A stretch of 63,227 bases of DNA, taken from NCBI GenBank assembly GCA_020720805.1, contig DYNZ01000006.1, positions 22,632 to 85,858 of the forward strand, given 5' to 3'. Below the pieces are notes generated by a model. The model worked only from the letters and a program-made list of their open reading frames with translations. It did no database searches and had not been told where the DNA came from. The DNA is from Leptospira biflexa. Its GTDB lineage: Bacteria > Spirochaetota > DYNZ01. Shown in pieces: positions 46,738 through 56,503 of the stretch. The number at the start of each line of letters is the position of its first letter. Within the stretch, counting starts at the first letter, position 1. A program made the translations under genes and the position numbers.

Positions 46738-47829
46738 TTAGATCCGGGCCGGGCGATCCTTGTCCCTGACCTTTGTAATATCAAAAAAAGGACTTTTTTT
46801 GCTGCCCCAGAACACCCCTGTCATATACTTTCCGTCAATGGGTATGCGGTAACTGAAAAAATAGGGCTGTTTGCGATAGTGGCGGATCTGGGGCACAGTC
46901 ACATTTCCAACCCCCATAAAAAAACGAAAGCCCTTCTGGTAGAGATAGGCAAACTTATCATTGTTGTAGGTATCTTCGCCATAGGCCCAGATATAGAGGT
47001 CGGTTTTCCCAACCAGAGAGGCTATCCTCTCCTCCCACAGATCGGTATCCCGTTTGAAGGTGGCATACGATACCTTTTGCGAAAAGATGTGCACATAGCT
47101 ATGCGAGGCAAAACGGTATTTCATCGATTTCAGCTTGTCAATAATCGGCTGAGCCAGAGCCTTCTCCTCATCCGCGATCCCCTTCTTCTGCGTCCTGTAA
47201 CCAAGCACACCATCAAAACCAGTTAGGGCAATCATCGCGCGTGCCCCTTTCCAGGAAAAATCAGGATGAAGGGCGATAAACTTCTCGAGCTGCGAAACAA
47301 TGTTGTTGTGGCCAATCTGTGTTGTGCCGTCAGGCTGAATCTCCTCTGAGGCGATCACCCCCTTGTCCAAAACCAGGCGGGATACAGTTCCATTTTTAAT
47401 ATGCGCTTTATAATAGTTGAGGTCGTCTACAGACATTACAAAAGGCTTCTTTCCCTTTGGCAGGCGCAGGCTCTGCTTGTGAATCCCCTTACCGTCGCTC
47501 TTGTAGGTGTCATAGATATCCACCAGGATATAATTACGCTGGTACAAACTCTCCAGAACGCGCTGAAACTCGCCAAGGGTGACAAACCAGAGCTGGATGT
47601 AGTTGTAGTGGCGGTTGGCACGGTTAAAAAAGGAGTCCTTCTTGTGGATAATCAGGGGGTGAAAAAAGATATGTTCCACATCCCCCTGAAACTCAACGGT
47701 CTCCTGCACCATCGGGTCAGGTTGCTTGCTAACGGAGGCCTCCTGGGGCTTTTGGCAGGACAGGGCAAAAAAAAGCGGAAGCAGAACTGACAGACGAAAC
47801 ATTCGGTACAGGGTTTTAGAATTGGTCAT
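46738..47829 (-). CDS. Lipoprotein, possibly polysaccharide-deacetylase-like (363 aa)
   Basis: Lipobox LSC-Q. MSVDDLNYY and HSYVH motifs weakly reminiscent of the deacetylase/DUF2334 fold. Confidence 0.3.
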   Translation of the reverse strand: MTNSKTLYRMFRLSVLLPLFFALSCQKPQEASVSKQPDPMVQETVEFQGDVEHIFFHPLIIHKKDSFFNRANRHYNYIQLWFVTLGEFQRVLESLYQRNYILVDIYDTYKSDGKGIHKQSLRLPKGKKPFVMSVDDLNYYKAHIKNGTVSRLVLDKGVIASEEIQPDGTTQIGHNNIVSQLEKFIALHPDFSWKGARAMIALTGFDGVLGYRTQKKGIADEEKALAQPIIDKLKSMKYRFASHSYVHIFSQKVSYATFKRDTDLWEERIASLVGKTDLYIWAYGEDTYNNDKFAYLYQKGFRFFMGVGNVTVPQIRHYRKQPYFFSYRIPIDGKYMTGVFWGSKKSPFFDITKVRDKDRPARI

Positions 47830-47902
47830 AGTTGAAGTGATCTTTCTTGCATAGCGCGTGGTAAAATTTTAAGAGGTAAATAAAATTCAAAAAGCCATCT
47901 TA

Positions 47903-48003
47903 TACTAAAGGCATTTTGGTTTTCGGATATCGCAAGGCAATGCCAGCGATGTCGACGCACCCTTTAGCCAGAATAAAACCCGAGAACCAAAGTGTTTCGA
48001 GTA
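47903..48003. repeat. Family D MITE (101 bp, inverted orientation), TA-flanked
   Basis: Reverse complement of 62780-62880. Imperfect terminal inverted repeats tactcgaaacactttggttctcgg / tactaaaggcattttggttttcgg. ORF 47900..48088 is spurious. Confidence 0.7.
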
Positions 48004-48316
48004 TATTTTGCACCCATTGGTAACACACGAAAGGGAACCAGGCTCTTGAAAACAGGATAACGATCCAAAAACTTCTTCTATTTGTCAATACTATTCATAT
48101 TTGAGATATCGAAAAACCCATCTCAAGATTCTTCCCGTGAAAAACGGTTTGGAAAATCTCCTCTGCTAGAATTTTCTCAAGGAAAAGGAGGAGATAGTTG
48201 GGTAATTCCGAGTTTGTAAGCAGGAATAGCATTATCCTTTTTCAATTATAACTTGAGGAAGGCAAGGTTTTCATCATTCTTATTGATAGGTTTAAGAGTT
48301 CCAAAGAGTTTTTATC

Positions 48317-48553
48317 ATGACCGTCTTAATGGAAGAGCGCGTTAACAACCTGGAAGTCATTCTCGGTCATTTCTTTGCCAGCACTGGTACATCCATAAAC
48401 CGCCTGGAGCGGGAAATGGTGAACTTCAAGAATGAAATGCTGAATTTCAAGGGCGAAATGGTGGATTTCAAGAATGATATGAAAGATTTCAAGTGTGAAA
48501 TCAATAAAAAAATTCGGAAGGCTTCATGTCGAAGTACTGGTAGAAGGGTTTAG
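48317..48553 (+). CDS. Small coiled-coil protein with FK-x-EM heptad-like repeats (78 aa)
   Basis: EREMVNFKNEMLNFKGEMVDFKNDMKDFKCEI repeats. Divergently oriented to a related coiled-coil gene. Confidence 0.35.
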   Translation: MTVLMEERVNNLEVILGHFFASTGTSINRLEREMVNFKNEMLNFKGEMVDFKNDMKDFKCEINKKIRKASCRSTGRRV

Positions 48554-48609
48554 TACCACCGGTAATCAAGATCAATCCAGCAAAACTGTGGCGCAGACTA
48601 AAAAATATC

Positions 48610-48987
48610 TCAGGTAAATTTCAACACAGAGATTACAATCGCCGCTGTAGTTACCGTCAGTCCAAAGCTCCAGCGCATAAAAGAATCCATGCGCTTTTCC
48701 AGATTTTCGATTCTACGTTCAACCTGCTCAAAACGCTTATCCACCTGCTCAAAGCGACCATTCATATATCCAAGCAGCTCTTCAAAACGCTTGTCAATTC
48801 GATCAAAGCCCTGCATCATCAGCTCGCGCTGGTGCTTGAGCTCTTCCTCCACGCGGACCATGCGTTCGCGCAGTTCGATCTCATACACCACCGGTGGTTT
48901 GCCGAGACTCTGCTCTGCCAGCATCTGAACCAGATTCCCTTTGATGAAATTTTTGACTTCTTCTAAATCCGCTGCTGATAAAGCCAT
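48610..48987 (-). CDS. DUF1640-like coiled-coil protein with C-terminal TM anchor (125 aa)
   Basis: Repeats DKRFEELL.., RFEQVDKRFEQVERRIENLEKRMD and a terminal hydrophobic helix GLTVTTAAIVISVL. Preceded by the 57-bp promoter-like repeat and an AAGGA Shine-Dalgarno. Confidence 0.5.
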   Translation of the reverse strand: MALSAADLEEVKNFIKGNLVQMLAEQSLGKPPVVYEIELRERMVRVEEELKHQRELMMQGFDRIDKRFEELLGYMNGRFEQVDKRFEQVERRIENLEKRMDSFMRWSFGLTVTTAAIVISVLKFT

Positions 48988-49010
48988 CGTTTTTATCCTT
49001 GCGAGGTTCT

Positions 49011-49067
49011 ATATTTTAATAATATGACATTACCTGCCGTAAAAGCAAGTAAAAATTCCAGTCTCTA
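49011..49067 (-). promoter_or_regulatory. 57-bp perfect direct repeat copy 1; sigma70-like promoter on the minus strand (-35 TTGCTT at 49043-49048, 18-bp spacer, -10 TATTAT at 49019-49024) driving the DUF1640-like gene
   Basis: Identical 57-mer at 50019-50075. Promoter hexamers read on the reverse complement. Gene start 24 nt downstream. Confidence 0.4.
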
Positions 49068-49140
49068 CATCTGCCAGCCGCTCCCGGACAAATGCGACAT
49101 AATGCAGTGTCTTTCGCTGCCTTTCCCTCCCGGACGGGAT

Positions 49141-49377
49141 TACGAAAGGCATTTTGGTTTTCGGATATCGCAAGGCAATGCCAGCGATGGCGACGCACCC
49201 TTTAACCAGTATTTACTGTTTGCAATGGACTTTGTCCCGCAACCGTTAATGCCAAGGTCGATAAGGACGCGGTTATGGCATTGCCCAACCGGTCAAATCT
49301 TGTGCTGAGTTTATCGAAGCATCGATGCTTATTGGTATAAAACCCGAGAACCAAAGTGTTTCGAGTATATATGCTAC
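49141..49377. repeat. Composite repeat: family D MITE split by a nested family A insertion (A at 49211-49336, inverted; TA duplicated at 49209-49210 and 49337-49338)
   Basis: D halves 49141-49208 and 49339-49377 are contiguous in intact copies (gggtttta|tactgg). ORFs 49024..49308 and 49202..49552 are spurious. Confidence 0.7.
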
Positions 49378-49436
49378 AATTGAAACGGGGCTGAAAAGTG
49401 CCAGTATGAAATAACCTAAAAATTGATACCAAACTC

Positions 49437-49730
49437 TTATAAATTTCTCTCTTTCCAGTATCCTGGAAAGCGAAAGAGATGGGAAATGGCAATAATATAA
49501 ACAATGTCACTTTCCACAGTATAAATAATGCCAAATGGAAATTTTTTAACAATTTTCCTTCGGAATTTTTTATCTAAGGCCTCGCTAGATTTTGGAAACA
49601 TTTTAATTGATTGAATCGCCTCCTCTATATCACTTAAAAAATCGAGTCCTAATCCGGATGCCTGCTCTTCATAGTAATCAATTGACTCAAACAGCTCATC
49701 ACGTGCTTCAGGCACAAAAACTGCTTTCAT
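49437..49730 (-). CDS. ParE/RelE-family type II toxin (97 aa)
   Basis: FPFGIIYTVESDIVYIIAISHLFRFPGYW C-terminal signature. 4-nt overlap with the upstream antitoxin gene. Confidence 0.65.
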   Translation of the reverse strand: MKAVFVPEARDELFESIDYYEEQASGLGLDFLSDIEEAIQSIKMFPKSSEALDKKFRRKIVKKFPFGIIYTVESDIVYIIAISHLFRFPGYWKERNL

Positions 49731-49954
49731 TTTTTTAATTTTAATTTTGCCTTTTCCAATATATCAGTATCTGAATATCCTTTTTTGCCTGAAGCTTGAA
49801 ATTTCTCCCACCTATCTTTCGTTTCCTGAAGCCAGATGCCATCAAAGTTCTCAAAAATACTTTGCGAAACATTGTGGAGCAAATTATGAAGCAATTTGGC
49901 TTGTTCCTGATTTGAAAGCTGGGTAATCTCTTTTTCTATCTCTTTTAATTGCAC
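49727..49954 (-). CDS. Antitoxin, 'addiction module component' (Unstab_antitox-like; 75 aa; GTG start with AGGAG Shine-Dalgarno)
   Basis: IWLQETKDRWEKFQASGKKGYSDTDILEKAK resembles the PF09720 family. Operon with the ParE-like toxin. Confidence 0.55.
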   Translation of the reverse strand: MQLKEIEKEITQLSNQEQAKLLHNLLHNVSQSIFENFDGIWLQETKDRWEKFQASGKKGYSDTDILEKAKLKLKK

Positions 49955-50018
49955 AGCCCGGACTCCTGAATTATTAACAGATGCAGAATAACAGTACTCA
50001 TTTTACCTGAATCCTCTG

Positions 50019-50075
50019 ATATTTTAATAATATGACATTACCTGCCGTAAAAGCAAGTAAAAATTCCAGTCTCTA
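50019..50075 (-). promoter_or_regulatory. 57-bp perfect direct repeat copy 2; same promoter-like module (-10 at 50027-50032, -35 at 50051-50056) upstream of the toxin-antitoxin operon
   Basis: Identical to 49011-49067. ORF 50038..50268 across it is spurious. Confidence 0.4.
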
Positions 50076-50720
50076 TTAAGGGGCATTCGTAACATCTGAA
50101 AAATGTATATTCCCCATCTCCGCATAGTTTAGAAATTATGACGCTAATTTTACCATTTTTGGAAAAAAATCCATCCGAACAATTGCAATGATACCAGTAT
50201 TCAACCTTCCCTGCTGTCCTGCCAGCCGCCCTCGAAACAATGCGACATAATGCGGCCATTTCCGTCACCTCACAGCCTGACGGCTAATGCGACATAACGT
50301 GACGGCTTTATAGTCCTTATCAAATCTGCTAGCCGACTACCAAATTATCCGACTAACAGCACATTTACGAATCGACTTCCTGACACTGCCATAATGCGCT
50401 ATAATGCAACCTCTTTCGCTACAAACCGATTGGCGCAGAGGGTAAATTTGCCCCCATGATATTGAGTCTGGCCAATTCCCCGCAACAATGATTTAAAACA
50501 GCAAAGCCCTGCATGCAGCAAGGCTTCGATAAAATTGGTTGGGATTACTCTTTTCCCGTATAATATCACCGGACCTCCGTGCCAGATACTGCAAGATCCG
50601 TCTATAAAACAAATTATGGATCCAAAAAGTTTAATAAATTATTTTTCTATAACCACATCACCTTTTTATGTATTAATGATATTTGTGTTTTCAAACTGCA
50701 TCTCTTCCTTTTAGCAGATA

Positions 50721-51224
50721 TCATTCAAAAGTAATATTAAATAGTTTAAAAGATCCTTTATATTCGACTATCGCTTTAAAAATTTCTGAAGTAGAAATTT
50801 CGTTATCATCCTTTTTAAAGGTAATTGGTATATCTCTATAAATTTTAATTTCGCCATAATGGAGCACTTTTTTAGGTTGTCCAATTTTAACAAATTCATA
50901 ATTTGCAAATTTACGAAGAGCTCGCCTTGGTCCTTTTATCATATCTGGAATCATCAAACCCCAATAGTCAATACCACTAATTCCAGATTTTTTTTCTGGC
51001 AAATGAGGATACACTAACTTAATAAATTCTTTTTTTGTAATCATTTTCTGGCGAAATAAAGGTTCATCATTTTTTTTAATTGCTGTTGTAATTGAGTTTA
51101 CTAATTTTTCTAACGATTTCTCACCATTTGCAAATTCAATTGTTTTTTCCGAGCAAGAGAAAAAAAATAAAAATAAAAAAAATAATAAAAATTTGTATAT
51201 ATACATAATATCAGTCCCTCTCAA
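50721..51224 (-). CDS. Small lipoprotein of unknown function (167 aa)
   Basis: Signal peptide + lipobox FFSC. Last gene of the TonB-dependent receptor locus. Confidence 0.5.
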   Translation of the reverse strand: MRGTDIMYIYKFLLFFLFLFFFSCSEKTIEFANGEKSLEKLVNSITTAIKKNDEPLFRQKMITKKEFIKLVYPHLPEKKSGISGIDYWGLMIPDMIKGPRRALRKFANYEFVKIGQPKKVLHYGEIKIYRDIPITFKKDDNEISTSEIFKAIVEYKGSFKLFNITFE

Positions 51225-51274
51225 AAAAAAAGAGAGGCAAAAAACCTCTCTCTTTTAATCAATTGCGAAAAAAT

Positions 51275-52702
51275 TTAATTGAGGCTAAAATTTGTCCAGG
51301 TTTCAGCCCAGTTGGTGCCTGCCGGATCGATAGCGCCAACATAGTTGGTTCCTGTCAAATCCATGGAAACACCAGCCCAGTTTGTCATATTGGTAGTCAC
51401 GAATGTAGATACAGTCGCTGTACTAGCAGCTGGTTTGAAATTTGCGGCTCCGCCCTCGCCCCAGTAGGTGGTTGGCGCTGTCAAAGAGGTCATAGCAGCA
51501 GCAAATTCATTGTTAGCTATTTGGTCAAATGTAGTTTCATTATCAATAACAATATTGAGACCTGCAACATCTGTAATTGCTGTACCGCTGGCAGTTACCT
51601 TCTCAAACTTATTGGATAATAATGCACTGACAAAATTACCATTCAACGTGTTATTATCAGTGATTCCATTTAATCCGGTCGATGAAAAAAAAGTAGAACT
51701 TGGTGCTTCAGTAGCTTGTGCAGCATGTTTGATATGTCTATCTGTAAAATTTGCAATCAAGGAATTAACCAAAACAAGCTGTCCATTGGCCTTAACATCA
51801 AAAATTTTTCCACCTGCTTTTGTATCCCCTACAATGGTAAAATTGGAAAAGAATGATTGGGTAGCACGAGACTGATCTGCACCTAAGCCATCATATTCGA
51901 TCATTGCATCAGTATAATTTGAGGAGGCAATGATAAAATGGTGGGCTGAACCACTCCAACCTTCATCCAAGTCAAAGCCGTCATCTTCATTATGTGTTAT
52001 TACGATATGAGAAAGGCTAACGGTACCACCAAATATTTCAATTCCGTCGTCTGATCCACGGTGTGTTTGAACGTATTGGATAGTAGTTCCACTTCCAACG
52101 CCAGCAAGAAATAAACCGTTAAATTCCTTACCAGAAGAAATTTCACGACCTGCAAATTCTATCCGAACATACTTCAATACACCACTGTTATCAGCTTTAG
52201 TTTCGCCACCATAAGGACCAGTATAGATTTCAGTATCAGTTGCAATATTAACACCCGCGCTATTATTTACAGGTGCTTTTCCGTGAATGACAATACCACC
52301 CCAGTCTGAAGATAATCTTGAGCCAGCTGCCTTGTCAGATGTGAAAACAATCGGTTTCGCTGCTGTTCCCTCGGCCATTATTTTACCACCCTGCTTGATA
52401 GCTAAATAAGAAAGGAATTCTGATTTAGCCTTAACAGTGACACCAGGATTGAGTGTAATTGTACAATCAGAGGGAATGTAAACAGCCCCTGATAATGTAA
52501 TTGTTGCATCAGCCGCAACAGTTACATTTTGTCCGGCATATGTACTAGGCGAAAGAGTATCACCATCAACTAAGCTTAGCGAACCACCTGAACATGTCTG
52601 TGTAGTCGTCTCTGTATTACCCTCATCAGTATTGCAAGCGCTAATAAAAAGCATTCCGACAAGAGCGATAGCAGTCATTGTAGCAAATGAAATTTTTTTC
52701 AT
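51275..52702 (-). CDS. Surface lipoprotein, T/S/G-rich, beta-helix-like, partner of the TonB-dependent receptor (475 aa)
   Basis: Lipobox ISAC. Repeated DDG(I/F)(E/D) turns (SDDGIEIFGG, EDDGFDLDEG). Immediately downstream of the receptor gene, as in SusC/SusD-type pairs but not SusD-like in sequence. Confidence 0.5.
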   Translation of the reverse strand: MKKISFATMTAIALVGMLFISACNTDEGNTETTTQTCSGGSLSLVDGDTLSPSTYAGQNVTVAADATITLSGAVYIPSDCTITLNPGVTVKAKSEFLSYLAIKQGGKIMAEGTAAKPIVFTSDKAAGSRLSSDWGGIVIHGKAPVNNSAGVNIATDTEIYTGPYGGETKADNSGVLKYVRIEFAGREISSGKEFNGLFLAGVGSGTTIQYVQTHRGSDDGIEIFGGTVSLSHIVITHNEDDGFDLDEGWSGSAHHFIIASSNYTDAMIEYDGLGADQSRATQSFFSNFTIVGDTKAGGKIFDVKANGQLVLVNSLIANFTDRHIKHAAQATEAPSSTFFSSTGLNGITDNNTLNGNFVSALLSNKFEKVTASGTAITDVAGLNIVIDNETTFDQIANNEFAAAMTSLTAPTTYWGEGGAANFKPAASTATVSTFVTTNMTNWAGVSMDLTGTNYVGAIDPAGTNWAETWTNFSLN

Positions 52703-52745
52703 TTATTTTCTCCTATCAATTTATTTGATTAAAAATCAAACCATT

Positions 52746-55487
52746 TTACAAACTATGAGTATAGCCAAAGGAAACATTGACACCTTTTTTATACTCTTTT
52801 ATCAATTTTTTTTCAGCACCAGTGCCTTGATTTTGCTCTATTTTATCATTTAATATATTTGCAATAGAAATTTTTAATTGGCCTTCTTTGAAAATCTTTT
52901 GAGAGAAGGTAATATCTAATTGATTAAAAGGCTCTTCATAAACATTGTCTAGACCATTTACTCCAACATTGACAATCCTTCGTGCAAAATAATTGTACAA
53001 TAGTGCAAACTCTGAACCAATTGAGTAAATCTTGTACGTTAATCCAAAATTAAAAAGCATTGGAGACTGTCCTTGTAATGACCGACTAGAATCAGTTTCT
53101 GCACTTCCCAGAGAAGGATCCAATTCAATTTCGGAATAGGACCATGTAAAATTTGCCAATACTGACAATGCTTTCAAAGATTCGGCTATAAAAGAAAAAT
53201 CTTTTTTAATCTCTAACTCAAATCCATATACCATAGCCTTCTTTTGGTTCGCAAAAGTAAATGTTGGATCGTCAGCAATGCCAATAGTTGCTTCAATTGG
53301 ATTTTGAATATCTTTAAGAAAGAAACTCAAAGCTAAAATCTCCTCAACCGTTGGAAAAAACTCAAATCGCAGGTCATAGTTCTGAATATCTGCCTTTTCC
53401 AAATTTGGATTACCTTTAATAATAAAGCCCGTTTCTAATTGATCGTAATAGTTATACATGCCCATTTCAACAAATTCCGGTCTATTTATTGTTTTGCTAT
53501 AGCCAAATCTAAGATTTATTTTATCCATCATTGTATAAACAATATTTGCATTGGGCAATATTTCAGTATTTATAATTGATGAGGTATAGAGGGTATCTTT
53601 ATAAAATATGGAATATGCAGAAACTGTTTGCTTCCAATTTTCAACCCTCACACCACCTATTATTCGCAATGACCTTGTGATTAGAAGATCTATTATTCCA
53701 TAACCAGAATAAATATTTAAATCAGCTTCGTAAGAATCCAGCCCAGTTGTTAAATTATCTCCGGTTAATTCACTAATACTTAAATCATTATTGGTAATCA
53801 GCTCTTCTGGTGTACCGGTTGAATTACTTATGCTAGTAATATTTTGGAATAAAATTCGAAACCTACGACCTTCATTTACTCTTTTTTTTGTAATAATATC
53901 ACTTCCAATTCTTATCTTAGAGTTTAATCCATCCCATTGCTTAAATGGAAAAACATACTCTGGTGCAAATTGAAAACTTATTTCTCTATGATCATTATAA
54001 TATTTCTGCATTGGTATACTTGGATCAATGTTTCCTGATGACATATAAAAGAGTGTTGAGACATCGGGCTGCTTTCTTGTTGTAAGAGAATAACCAACAT
54101 TCCAAATAATTGCATTATTTTCTGTAAATAAATCAAAAACATGGTCACCAGTGAATTGATTAAACCACAAATTTGTTTCTTCATATGATGAAATATATTC
54201 GGTTCCGTATTGTTTACCTTCGGAAATCTTGCCTTGCTTTATCTTAGCTGAAGTATCAGATTGATGTGTATAGAATGTGTTATATTTGATTTTGTTTTTG
54301 GGAGAAAAGGCATATGCAAGTGACAATTGTGTAGTTGCAACTGTAGAAAAAGTTGATTGGTCATATGTCAAATCCACTAGTTTGTAATCAGTTCCTTGAT
54401 ATCTAATTTCTTTGGCATCTTTGATTGTTTTTGACGACTCACTCATAGCCACGGAGAATAAGAGACCTAGCGCTTTTCCATTATCATAATTATAAGTATT
54501 ACCAAAGGAAAGATTAAAGCCTCCTCCTGGAATTCCAACTTCAGAGGAAGGAATGTAATCACGCCTAAAACTCTTGGCCATTGCATCTAATTCAGCTAAT
54601 GTATAATTACTATTATTAGCCTTCTTTGAGTCACTAAAAAGATCTGGAATATCACGCTCTCCTGCATCAAAACCAAAAAAACTATAATCACTTCCATGAA
54701 GAGCCAGAAAATCTTTAAATGTAGTTTGACTATTGTAATTCAAACTAAAGCCAACCTTGAAATCATATTCTGTCGGATAATCTCGAGTGTTAAGTTGTAC
54801 TGCCCCAGCTGTGGAGTCCGATGCCATATCAGAAAGATATGATTTGCTAATGATTAAATTATCAAGTAGGCTTACTGGGAAAATATCTAAAGGTACAACT
54901 TTCCTAGATGGTAACGGTGAAGGAACTTGTAATCCATTTACGGAAATTGTAGAATATCGTTCTGACAGTCCTCTGATATATATATACTTCCCTCCAAGAA
55001 TACTTACACCGGTAACCCTCTTTGCCGCATCCGCTGCATTTGAATCTGGTGACTTTTTTATCTGCTCTGCAGAAATAGCATCCTGTGCAACAGCAGCCTT
55101 TTTACGCTGCGAAGTCAACGCAGCAGTTGTGTTGCTTATTCGTCTTCCCTGTACGACAACAGTTTTTCTTGATTGATAGGCCATGGCCACATTTGCTGAT
55201 ACTCTTTTATTATCTAAAACAGCCACATTGACTTCATAAGGTTGATATCCCGCTATTTGAAATTTTACGGTATGGCTGCCCGCAGGAACCTTGGTGATGG
55301 TGTAATTACCATTAAAGTCTGTCACGCCTGCATAGGTTTTGTCTCCATCCTTGATAAAGACAACGACCCCTATCATGGGTTCACCGGAAAGGTTATCGAT
55401 GACGGTTCCATTCACAATACCCTCGGCGGCCAGAGCCAGAGGGAGCAGAACCAGAGTTGCGAGTATAAAAATAATTTTCTTTATCAT
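52746..55487 (-). CDS. TonB-dependent outer-membrane receptor with N-terminal CarboxypepD_reg-like domain (913 aa)
   Basis: Signal peptide, CarbopepD_reg segment GTVIDNLSGEPMIGVVVFIKDG...DFNGNYTI, plug and a long beta-barrel region. Confidence 0.8.
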   Translation of the reverse strand: MIKKIIFILATLVLLPLALAAEGIVNGTVIDNLSGEPMIGVVVFIKDGDKTYAGVTDFNGNYTITKVPAGSHTVKFQIAGYQPYEVNVAVLDNKRVSANVAMAYQSRKTVVVQGRRISNTTAALTSQRKKAAVAQDAISAEQIKKSPDSNAADAAKRVTGVSILGGKYIYIRGLSERYSTISVNGLQVPSPLPSRKVVPLDIFPVSLLDNLIISKSYLSDMASDSTAGAVQLNTRDYPTEYDFKVGFSLNYNSQTTFKDFLALHGSDYSFFGFDAGERDIPDLFSDSKKANNSNYTLAELDAMAKSFRRDYIPSSEVGIPGGGFNLSFGNTYNYDNGKALGLLFSVAMSESSKTIKDAKEIRYQGTDYKLVDLTYDQSTFSTVATTQLSLAYAFSPKNKIKYNTFYTHQSDTSAKIKQGKISEGKQYGTEYISSYEETNLWFNQFTGDHVFDLFTENNAIIWNVGYSLTTRKQPDVSTLFYMSSGNIDPSIPMQKYYNDHREISFQFAPEYVFPFKQWDGLNSKIRIGSDIITKKRVNEGRRFRILFQNITSISNSTGTPEELITNNDLSISELTGDNLTTGLDSYEADLNIYSGYGIIDLLITRSLRIIGGVRVENWKQTVSAYSIFYKDTLYTSSIINTEILPNANIVYTMMDKINLRFGYSKTINRPEFVEMGMYNYYDQLETGFIIKGNPNLEKADIQNYDLRFEFFPTVEEILALSFFLKDIQNPIEATIGIADDPTFTFANQKKAMVYGFELEIKKDFSFIAESLKALSVLANFTWSYSEIELDPSLGSAETDSSRSLQGQSPMLFNFGLTYKIYSIGSEFALLYNYFARRIVNVGVNGLDNVYEEPFNQLDITFSQKIFKEGQLKISIANILNDKIEQNQGTGAEKKLIKEYKKGVNVSFGYTHSL

Positions 55488-55759
55488 GATTTTTATTTAG
55501 CATCCTTTTATGTTTTTTTTGTTACAATTCTGAAAAAAAATTTTAAAAAAGAATAACAGTTTGTTTTTTCGTCAAAAAAATTACTATCTAATCATCATCA
55601 CACAAACAGCTAACAATCGAAAGGAAAGTGCAGGCATAAAAAAAGGTCAGCCTTGAAACCACAGTCTCTCTGCTAACCTTTGTAGCTTACCCGTTCTATG
55701 TCCTGCTCTCTTTATCGTGATTGTCCGCTTTCCTTTTCCAATGAGATCCAGTCGCAGCC

Positions 55760-56503
55760 TTATATCAGCTTAAACTGGACAGGCTGGTAGATCTTGATTT
55801 TAATGGGTTTACCATCGCTGTTGATGCTCGGCTTGAAGGTTTTTCTCATGAACGCCTGTACTGCGTTCTGTTCCAGCCCATAGCCTAAGCGCTTCTTGCC
55901 GACGACGCGCGCACGCAGCACCTGCCCTTTGTCGCTAATAATCAGCTCAAGGGTAATTCGTCCTTCAACACCAGCAGATCTGGCAGCTGGCGAATATTCC
56001 GGTTGGATATGGGGAGCCAGATCCTGCGGTGCCGTGGCCGCCCCAGGGATATACTGCTGGGCGCCGTCGGCAATAGAATCGCCGGCCACCACGTTAGGGT
56101 CATTCAAATCAATTTTTTTATCCTCTTTTTCTTTGACATACTTATTGCCGAAGACCTCATCGACAATGACGATATTCACCTTTTTTCTATAGCGTCTCAG
56201 CGGTCTGAACTCACCAAAATTGACTACCGTGACCTTCATGTTGTCAAACTCCTTGTTCAAGGAGTCGCTGCTTTTCCACTCTATGGCCATCAGCGATTGA
56301 AAAAAGAGAAGAAGAAAAGCGAGAATAAAATGCAAACTGAATCTCTGGAAAATATTTTTTTTCTTCACTTCTTCAAAAGAGTTGTATATCGGCAGCTTTT
56401 CGATTAGCTGCTGGCGTTGTTCGCTGCGCATATCTGTTATCCCAAATTTCCAGAAATTAGATCTTTTTTGCGGTTTTACTATCGGCGTCCACGGCCAGAC
56501 CAA
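55760..56503 (-). CDS. tonB: Energy transducer TonB (probable start at internal Met; 247-aa ORF)
   Basis: TM anchor, Pro-containing spacer and TonB_C domain (GVEGRITLELIISDKGQV...). Confidence 0.7.
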   Translation of the reverse strand: MVWPWTPIVKPQKRSNFWKFGITDMRSEQRQQLIEKLPIYNSFEEVKKKNIFQRFSLHFILAFLLLFFQSLMAIEWKSSDSLNKEFDNMKVTVVNFGEFRPLRRYRKKVNIVIVDEVFGNKYVKEKEDKKIDLNDPNVVAGDSIADGAQQYIPGAATAPQDLAPHIQPEYSPAARSAGVEGRITLELIISDKGQVLRARVVGKKRLGYGLEQNAVQAFMRKTFKPSINSDGKPIKIKIYQPVQFKLI

